NCBI GenBank assembly: GCA_016192525.1
Contig: JACPTZ010000218.1
Coordinates: forward strand, 9,490 to 73,489
DNA from: Planctomycetota bacterium
GTDB lineage: Bacteria > Planctomycetota > MHYJ01 > JACPTZ01
Length of the DNA: 64,000 bases
Reading direction: 5' to 3'
The number at the start of each line of letters is the position of its first letter. Position 1 is the first letter of the stretch. The notes beneath the pieces were generated by a model. The model saw only the letters and a program-made list of their open reading frames with translations. It was not told the DNA's origin and ran no database searches. Shown piece after piece: positions 46,262-52,799 of the stretch. The position numbers and the translations under genes are program-made.

Positions 46262-46720
46262 GGAGAATCTTCTGAGCGAACTTGCGCCATCTCGAGTGCG
46301 GGAATCTCCTGATCGGTGCCGATCTTAGGACGGCGATCATGTGAGTGCAAGGCCAATCTCCCCTGGTGATCCGTCAACTCTATTCGTGCGGGCGGTTTGC
46401 CGTTGTTGTTTCCCGCTCCCCTCCGCCACACAGATGGCGGACAGGGGAGGGGAGGGCGTAGGGGGAGGGGCGCGGCCCTTCCCCGTGCTGGCGCGCGCCC
46501 CCCTCGCCCCGGAGGGGCGGCAGAAGCGCTGGCCCACGACCCCGTTCTGCCGCCCCTCCGGGGCTGGGTGCATGCGTTGCGCGTTTCCGGGGGCTTCGCC
46601 CCCGGCTATTCCCTTGGCGCCCCTCCGGGGCGCCGCATGTGCACTTACCCCACCTCTCAAACATGCCACGTGCACCTGGACCTTGGGGGTGTAAGTCAAT
46701 CTCGTCGGCGCACCCTGGAT

Positions 46721-46851
46721 TGTCATCCTGAGCCCCGTAGCACGTGCTACGGGGCGAAGGATCGCCAGCGCACGCGCCTCGGAGCCTCTGGTGTTGGTGA
46801 TCCTTCGCTCCGCGCCGCCGGACGGATCGCGGCGCTGCGCTCAGGACGACA
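46721..46851. repeat. family C nested-palindrome element, copy 3
   Basis: tgtcatcctgagc (46721-46733) ... gctcaggacgaca (46839-46851); contains ccccgtagcacgtgctacgggg and gcgaaggatcgccagcg/ggtgatccttcgc modules. Confidence 0.75.
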
Positions 46852-46934
46852 ACGGAAGGGGCCGCCCCCACAGACGCGCGCTCCTCCGACAAAACTGACC
46901 TGCACCCGGGGCCCGGAATTCCGAAAAAAAACTC

Positions 46935-46963
46935 TTGACACCCTTCCGCCCGGTGGATATAAG
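46935..46963 (+). promoter_or_regulatory. near-consensus sigma70-type promoter upstream of the Cys-leader / sulfate-assimilation unit
   Basis: TTGACA (46935-46940), 17-nt spacer, TATAAG (46958-46963), preceded by an A-tract. Confidence 0.6.
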
Positions 46964-46990
46964 GGCGCGTCTCACGTGTCAGGGAATCCC

Positions 46991-47071
46991 ATGCGCGCGA
47001 ACCTGTCGGCCAATTTGAGCGTTTCGAAGCGGCCCATGGTCCGGCTCGTGGCGATGTGTTGTTGCGGCTAA
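46991..47071 (+). CDS. candidate leader peptide 1, MRANLSANLSVSKRPMVRLVAMCCCG
   Basis: 26 codons, AGGGA 5 nt upstream of ATG; three consecutive Cys codons (47057-47065) two codons before TAA. Confidence 0.5.
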   Translation: MRANLSANLSVSKRPMVRLVAMCCCG

Positions 47072-47119
47072 ACGGCCTCGACCCCTGACACGCTGAAGAC
47101 CCCCCGGAAGAATCCGAAG

Positions 47120-47150
47120 CCTCCAGCCTGTCAGGGCTGGGGGTTTTTTT
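47120..47150 (+). terminator. intrinsic terminator 1
   Basis: 9-bp stem cctccagcc / ggctggggg (47120-47128 / 47135-47143), 6-nt loop, followed by T7 (47144-47150). Confidence 0.7.
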
Positions 47151-47327
47151 GTTGCCCGGGCGGCGGGGCGGTCCCCCGCTCAGGACCCGTGGTCCGGCAG
47201 GGCGGAAGACGGAACGCGAGACTTCTCATCGACCCGGAGTGGACTCTGAACCGCGGGGTCCCGCCCCCTGCGTCCTGACCGTACATCGGGTCGCCGGATG
47301 TGTGACCTCGCCGACAAGGAAAGGCCC

Positions 47328-47441
47328 GTGATCATCCTGAACCTGATCTCCAAGCGCATGGCCATGTGTTGCTGCATGTGCCCGACGGGCAACGGCCCGC
47401 CGACGGCGCCCGGGGTTCGTGTTCGATGGAGACGCGAATGA
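47328..47441 (+). CDS. candidate leader peptide 2, (VIILNLISKR)MAMCCCMCPTGNGPPTAPGVRVRWRRE
   Basis: GTG 47328 after AAGGAAAGG, or ATG 47358; four Cys in five codons (47367-47381); shares SKR..M..AMCCC with leader 1. Confidence 0.45.
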   Translation: MIILNLISKRMAMCCCMCPTGNGPPTAPGVRVRWRRE

Positions 47442-47466
47442 ACCCCTGAAGGCTCCCGAAGGCGAC

Positions 47467-47505
47467 AAGGCCGCTGCCCTCCCAAGGTCAGCGGCCTTTT
47501 TTGTT
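47467..47505 (+). terminator. intrinsic terminator 2
   Basis: 10-bp stem aaggccgctg / cagcggcctt (47467-47476 / 47489-47498), 12-nt loop, T-run ttttttgttgt. Confidence 0.7.
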
Positions 47506-47584
47506 GTCCCCTTTCCCTTGCCCTTTCCCTTGCCCTCGGAGGGAAAGGGCAAGGCAAAGGGAAAGAAGCAGAAAGGAAGAACAG

Positions 47585-48502
47585 ATGCTGGTCTGGCCCC
47601 TCATTCTTACCGGCGCGCTCGTGGGGATTCTCGTGGGACTCACCTCCCTCGGAGGAGGTTCCGTTCTCACCCCCGCCCTGGTCCTCCTCCTGGGCATTCC
47701 CCCGTCTCTCGCCGTCGGGTCGGATGTTCTCATCGCGAGCGTGATGAAACTGGTCGGGGGGGGCGTTTATGCCGCCCGCCGCGCCGTTCACTGGCCCACG
47801 GTCCTGCGACTGTCCTCCGGATCGGTTCCCGGGGCCCTGCTCGGGATCGCCCTCCTGAACCGCCTCCCCAAGGGCGCGCTCGACCTCTTCATCGGACGTT
47901 CCCTCGGGGTCGTCCTCGTTCTGGCCGGGACGGCCACGCTTCTCCGGCTGCTGCGCCGCCCGAGCGTCTCTGAGGCGGCGTCGAAGCCGCCGTCCAGCCC
48001 GTGGACGGTCCTCCTCGGGTTCGTTACGGGTCTGCTGGTGGGAGTGACGAGCATCGGGAGCGGATCGCTCCTTCTCTGCGTCCTCGCCTGGGCGTGGCCG
48101 CTGCGCTCCCAGACGCTCGTCGGCACCGATCTCGTGCACGCCTTTCTCCTCTCCTCGGCTGCGACGGTCGGTCACCTGCTGTCGGGTCGGGTCGACTTCG
48201 CCCTCGCCGGCGCCGTGCTGGCCGGGGCGGTTCCGGGCGTCCTGATCGGCGCCCGGTTGACGTTTGCCATTCCGGAGCGGGCGCTCCGGACCGCCCTCGC
48301 GACACTGCTGGTGGGGGTGGGAACGTACCTGTCCGTCTTCCGGCTTCCGGAGGCGCGGGCTGCCGATGAAGTCTCCGGGCGGCACGGCGGCGCTTCCGCG
48401 CCGCACTCCACCCCCCCCGCGCTGCACTCCGCGCCCCCCGCGCCGCACCCCGGGGGCACGGAGCCGGAGGCGGTTCCATCCTTCAAGGAGTCTCCCGAAT
48501 GA
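47585..48502 (+). CDS. TauE/SafE (DUF81) family anion permease
   Basis: Multi-TM protein GALVGILVGLTSLGGGSVLTPALVLLLGIP; ATG 47585 after GAAAGGAAG; stop overlaps cysH start (ATGA). Confidence 0.8.
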   Translation: MLVWPLILTGALVGILVGLTSLGGGSVLTPALVLLLGIPPSLAVGSDVLIASVMKLVGGGVYAARRAVHWPTVLRLSSGSVPGALLGIALLNRLPKGALDLFIGRSLGVVLVLAGTATLLRLLRRPSVSEAASKPPSSPWTVLLGFVTGLLVGVTSIGSGSLLLCVLAWAWPLRSQTLVGTDLVHAFLLSSAATVGHLLSGRVDFALAGAVLAGAVPGVLIGARLTFAIPERALRTALATLLVGVGTYLSVFRLPEARAADEVSGRHGGASAPHSTPPALHSAPPAPHPGGTEPEAVPSFKESPE

Positions 48503-49203
48503 CCCCGTCCGAACTCCACGCCGCCGCCATCGCCCTCGAAGGCCGGCCCGCCGTCGAGATCCTGCGCTGGGCCGCGGAACGATTCCCCGGCCGGCTTGCC
48601 TTCGCCACGGGCTTCGGGGTGGAAGGGTGCGTCCTGGTCGACCTCATCGCCCGGAACGAAGTCGACGTCGATCTCTTCACCCTCGACACCGGCCTCCTCT
48701 TTCCCGCCACGCTGGAGCTGTGGAAGCGGCTCGAGGAGCGATACGGCGTGGTGATCCGCGGAGTCCGGCCGGCCCGAACGGTCGAGGAACAGGCCTCGAT
48801 CGAGGGCGCCGACCTCTGGGATCGCGATCCTGACCGCTGCTGCCTTCTCCGCAAGGTGCAGCCGCTCCGCGGGGCGCTCCTCGGGTACGACGCGTGGATT
48901 TCGTCGATCCGCCGCGATCAGACCCGCGACCGGGCCGCGGCGGGGGCAGTGGAGCCGGACGGGAAGTTCGGGCTCGTGAAGGTGAACCCGCTGGCCGGCT
49001 GGAGCGCGGAGGAGGTGTGGCGGTACGCGCGGCAGAACGGCGTACCGTACAACCCGCTCCACGACCAGGGATATCCGAGCATCGGCTGCTGGCCCTGTAC
49101 CTCCCCCGTGGCGCCCGGGGAGGACCCGCGGGCGGGGCGGTGGAGGGGACGGGCGAAGAAAGAGTGTGGACTGCATTCCAAGGCGGCGCAGACTGAAGTC
49201 TGA
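48499..49203 (+). CDS. cysH: adenylylsulfate (APS)/PAPS reductase, Fe-S type
   Basis: 234 aa; SIRRDQT, CC pair (DRCCLLRKV), GCWPCT and KECGLH motifs. Confidence 0.9.
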   Translation: MTPSELHAAAIALEGRPAVEILRWAAERFPGRLAFATGFGVEGCVLVDLIARNEVDVDLFTLDTGLLFPATLELWKRLEERYGVVIRGVRPARTVEEQASIEGADLWDRDPDRCCLLRKVQPLRGALLGYDAWISSIRRDQTRDRAAAGAVEPDGKFGLVKVNPLAGWSAEEVWRYARQNGVPYNPLHDQGYPSIGCWPCTSPVAPGEDPRAGRWRGRAKKECGLHSKAAQTEV

Positions 49204-49229
49204 GCCACAACAACCGAAAGGAGACGCTC

Positions 49230-51071
49230 ATGTCATCGACCGCAACCCTGAGAACCGAAACGCAGGACCTTCTGGTGGAGCCGCACGGGGGAACGCTGGT
49301 GAACCGGATCGTGCCGGCGGAGGAGGCCGCCGCCCTGCGCGACCGGGCCGCCGCGCTCCCGACGATCGTGCTCGACGCGCGCGAGCTCGCCGATCTGGAA
49401 CTGATCGCCACCGGCGCGGCCAGTCCCCTCACCGGCTTCCTCGGCGCCGCCGACTACCGGAGCGTGCTCGCCCGGTCGCGCCTCGCCGACGGGACGGTGT
49501 GGCCGCTCCCCTTCACCCTCGCCGTCACCGATGAGGTCCGGGCCCTCCTCGATCCGGGCCGCGAGGCCGGGCTCGTCGACGGCGCCGGACGCATCTGGGG
49601 GATCCTCCGCATTTCCGAGATCTTCCGCCGCGATCCGCGTGAAGAGGCCCGGGCGGTCTACCGCACGGAGGACGAGTCGCACCCCGGCGTGGCGTATCTC
49701 CTTTCCCGTCCCCCCTGGCTCGTGGCCGGTGAAGTGGACGTCCACCCGCTTCGGGCCGATCTCCCCTTCGCCGAACACCGGCTCAGTCCGCGCGACCTGC
49801 GCGAGGCGATCCGGGCGCGCGGGTGGCGCCGGGTGGCCGGCTTCCAGACGCGGAATCCGATTCACCGGGCGCACGAGCATCTCACGAAACTCGCGCTCGA
49901 GGTCACCGACGGGATCGTCATCCATCCCCTCGTCGGCGAGACGAAGAACGACGACGTTCCCGCGGCGGTCCGCTTTCGGGCTTACGAGGCCCTGATCGGG
50001 AAGTACTACCCGAAGGACCGGACGCTTCTCGCCGCCTTCCCGGCCGCGATGAGGTATGCTGGGCCGCGCGAGGCGCTCTTCCACGCGATCGTCCGAAAGA
50101 ACTACGGGATCACGCACCTGATCGTCGGACGCGATCATGCAGGGGTCGGGAAGTTCTACGGGCCGCTGGAGGCGCAGCAGATCTTCGACCGGTTCGGCCC
50201 CGGGGAGGTCGGCGTCACGCCGCTCCGCTTCGAGCCGACCTTTCACTGCCTCGCCTGCGGCAATCTCGCCTCGTCGCGGACCTGCCCGCACGATGCCGTG
50301 GCGAGGCTGGATCTCTCCGGCTCGAAGGTCCGCGAAATCCTGAGGAGCGGCGGGGCCCTCCCGGTGGAATTCACCCGTCCCGAGGTGGCGGAGGTGTTGA
50401 GGGCGCACTACGCAGAGGCCGCTCGAGGAGCGGCGCCGGGCGTACGGAGCGAGCCGGGCCCGCTCGCGGCCGACGGCCGGGGGCCCCTGTCCGCCATCCG
50501 TTCGGCGGAGGCCCCGGCCCTGCGGTCTCCGGAGGCAAAGCCCGGGCACGGATTCATCCTCTGGTTCACCGGTCTCTCGGGCGCGGGAAAGAGCACCCTG
50601 GCGAACGGTCTCAGGGCGCGGCTGGGGACGGGCCGAAGGGTGGAGATCCTCGACGGCGATGAGGTCCGCACCTACCTCTCGAAGGGGCTCGGTTTTTCGA
50701 AGGAGGATCGGGACACGAACATCCGACGGATCGGGTATGTCGCGCGGCTCCTCGCCCGGAATGGTGTGGTGGCCATCACGGCGGCCATCTCGCCCTATCG
50801 CGAGATCCGCCAGGAGGTGCGATCGCTCGCCTCGAAGGACGAGACGCCGTTTGTGGAGGTGTTCGTCAGCGCCTCGATCGACGCCCTGGTGAAGCAGGAC
50901 GTGAAAGGGCTGTACAAGAAGGCGCTCGCCGGCGAGGTGGCGCACTTCACGGGCATCTCCGACCCCTACGAGCCGCCGGATCGGCCCGAGGTGACGGTCT
51001 ACAGCGATCAGGAGAGCATCGAGGAGAGTCTGGCGCGCGTCGAGGCCGCCCTGAGGGAGAGGGGGCTATGA
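49230..51071 (+). CDS. bifunctional sulfate adenylyltransferase / adenylylsulfate kinase
   Basis: 613 aa; ATP sulfurylase QTRNPIHRAHE and GRDHAGVG; C-terminal APS kinase P-loop FTGLSGAGKSTLA. Confidence 0.9.
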   Translation: MSSTATLRTETQDLLVEPHGGTLVNRIVPAEEAAALRDRAAALPTIVLDARELADLELIATGAASPLTGFLGAADYRSVLARSRLADGTVWPLPFTLAVTDEVRALLDPGREAGLVDGAGRIWGILRISEIFRRDPREEARAVYRTEDESHPGVAYLLSRPPWLVAGEVDVHPLRADLPFAEHRLSPRDLREAIRARGWRRVAGFQTRNPIHRAHEHLTKLALEVTDGIVIHPLVGETKNDDVPAAVRFRAYEALIGKYYPKDRTLLAAFPAAMRYAGPREALFHAIVRKNYGITHLIVGRDHAGVGKFYGPLEAQQIFDRFGPGEVGVTPLRFEPTFHCLACGNLASSRTCPHDAVARLDLSGSKVREILRSGGALPVEFTRPEVAEVLRAHYAEAARGAAPGVRSEPGPLAADGRGPLSAIRSAEAPALRSPEAKPGHGFILWFTGLSGAGKSTLANGLRARLGTGRRVEILDGDEVRTYLSKGLGFSKEDRDTNIRRIGYVARLLARNGVVAITAAISPYREIRQEVRSLASKDETPFVEVFVSASIDALVKQDVKGLYKKALAGEVAHFTGISDPYEPPDRPEVTVYSDQESIEESLARVEAALRERGL

Positions 51072-51739
51072 CCGGCGACGCGCACACGGCTGTGTCCGGA
51101 GTCGTCGGGCCCTCCCGTTCCGCCCTGTTCCCCGTGTTCCTGAAGCTCGCCGGGCGAAAGGTCGCGGTCGTCGGCGGAGGTCCCGTGGCGCTTCAGAAGA
51201 TCCGTGCCCTGCTCGAGGCCGGGGCGTGCGTGACGGTGATCGCACCGCGGATCGTTCCGGCCATCGCGGCCCTGGATGTCGTGCTGCAGGGCCGCCGGTT
51301 CGCGCCGGTCGATCTCGACGGGGTGTGGTATGTCGTGGCCGCCGCCCCCCCGGAGGTCAACCGGGAGGTCCGCCGCGCGGCGGATGAGCGGCGGATCTTC
51401 GTGAACGCCGTGGACGACCCCGAAACGGCGACGGCCTATGCCGGGGCGGTCCTGCGGAAGGGGGGCGTGACGGTGGCCGTCTCGACTTCGGGTCACGCCC
51501 CCGCCCTCGCGGGTCTGGTCCGGGACGGACTGGACTCGATCCTCCCGGACGAGATCGCGGAGTGGGCGGCGGAGGCGCGATGGCAGCGGGCGGTGTGGAA
51601 GTCGCAGACCGTTCCGATGGCAGAGCGACGGCCGCGCCTGCTGGAGGCGCTGAACAGGCGATATGCCGCCGTGGAGCCCTTGACGGGGAATTCCGAATAT
51701 CCCCTCTCCCGTTCGGCGTCGCCAAACGGGGGAGGGTAG
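51068..51739 (+). CDS. precorrin-2 dehydrogenase / sirohydrochlorin ferrochelatase (SirC/Met8-like)
   Basis: FPVFLKLAGRKVAVVGGGPVALQKIRALLEAGACVTVIAP Rossmann N-terminus; start overlaps the upstream stop (ATGA). Confidence 0.8.
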   Translation: MTGDAHTAVSGVVGPSRSALFPVFLKLAGRKVAVVGGGPVALQKIRALLEAGACVTVIAPRIVPAIAALDVVLQGRRFAPVDLDGVWYVVAAAPPEVNREVRRAADERRIFVNAVDDPETATAYAGAVLRKGGVTVAVSTSGHAPALAGLVRDGLDSILPDEIAEWAAEARWQRAVWKSQTVPMAERRPRLLEALNRRYAAVEPLTGNSEYPLSRSASPNGGG

Positions 51740-51993
51740 TTCTACTGTCACCGATCACGGGAGTCGTGTCGTAAACGTGGCATTGTAACGGGGACAGACC
51801 GAGTCTCTGAGTAGCGACCGCTCGGCGCCGTCTGCCGAGCGGTCGCGTATCGAAGGGACGGTTGACGCGAACGGCGCTTCGTCTCCGGGCCCGCCCTTCG
51901 ATACGCCCTCCTCGGTCGCCTGCGGCGACCGAGGAGGGCTACTCAGGGCTACGGTTTGCAGGCGCGACCGGCGCGCGAACCGTGACAGTAGAA
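51740..51993. mobile_element. MITE-like nested-palindrome element, family B-related copy 3, inside the operon
   Basis: ta-gTTCTACTGTCAC ... GTGACAGTAGAAg-ta; internal ctgagtagc/gctactcag, cgtatcgaaggg/cccttcgatacg; shares CTACTCRGGGCTACGG with B1/B2. Confidence 0.7.
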
Positions 51994-52007
51994 GTAGATT
52001 GGAGGAC

Positions 52008-52799
52008 ATGATGACCGGTTTCGTCTCCATCATCGGCGCCGGGCCGGGCGACCCGGAACTGCTCACGCTCAAAGCGGCCCGGCGCCTCGCCCAGGCCGAC
52101 CGGGTCCTTTACGACGCCCTCGTGGCGCCGGAGACCCTCGACCTCGCCCCGGCGCACGCCAGGCGGATCTACGTCGGGAAGCGGGCCCGGCGGCGGTCGA
52201 TGAGCCAGGCCGCGATCGAGTGGCTGATGGTGCGGGCCGCCCGCCGGGGGGAGCAGGTCGTGAGGCTGAAGGGCGGAGATCCCTTCGTCTTCGGACGGGG
52301 GGGGGAAGAGGCGCTGGCGCTGGCCGCGGCGGGGATTCCGTTTGAGGTGGTCCCGGGGATCAGCTCATCGATCGCCGCGCCGGCGCTCGCCGGGATCCCG
52401 GTCACGCATCGGGGTCTCACCTCCGCCTTCACCGTCGTCTCCGGCCACGCCCCGGAGGCGTACCGCCCGGTCCTCGACGCGCTCGCGCCGAACTCACTCA
52501 CGGTCGTGGTCCTCATGGGTCTCGCGGAGCGGGGCCGGATCGCGTCCGTCCTGCTCGAACGCGGGTGGAGGCGGGAGACCCCGGCGGCGATTTCACTCTC
52601 GGCCTCGCGCCCGGATGCTCAAACATGGATCGGGACGCTGTCGGAACTGGCGACGGCGGCGGATGGAGCCGAGTCTGAGCCCCGTGCGGGGGTGCTGGTG
52701 GTGGGGGAGGTGGTGTCGCTGGCGGAGCGAATCAGAAATGCCTCAGTGTCTCATCCCGACGCAAGTACTCCAAGGAGACCCCATGCTCTCTCTCGATGA
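52008..52799 (+). CDS. cobA: uroporphyrinogen-III C-methyltransferase
   Basis: IIGAGPGDPELLTLKAARRLAQADRVLYD, GGDPFVFGRGGEE, VPGISS; start ATG 52008/52011 after GGAGGA (the track uses TTG 51999). Confidence 0.9.
   Translation: MMTGFVSIIGAGPGDPELLTLKAARRLAQADRVLYDALVAPETLDLAPAHARRIYVGKRARRRSMSQAAIEWLMVRAARRGEQVVRLKGGDPFVFGRGGEEALALAAAGIPFEVVPGISSSIAAPALAGIPVTHRGLTSAFTVVSGHAPEAYRPVLDALAPNSLTVVVLMGLAERGRIASVLLERGWRRETPAAISLSASRPDAQTWIGTLSELATAADGAESEPRAGVLVVGEVVSLAERIRNASVSHPDASTPRRPHALSR

Noticed and set aside
52342-52782. Upstream 147 codons of the track ORF 52342-54906
   Set aside because: This part overlaps cobA in another frame and is Arg/Ser-rich. Sulfite-reductase similarity begins at MLSLDDPKTF (ATG 52783), which has an AGGAG upstream.
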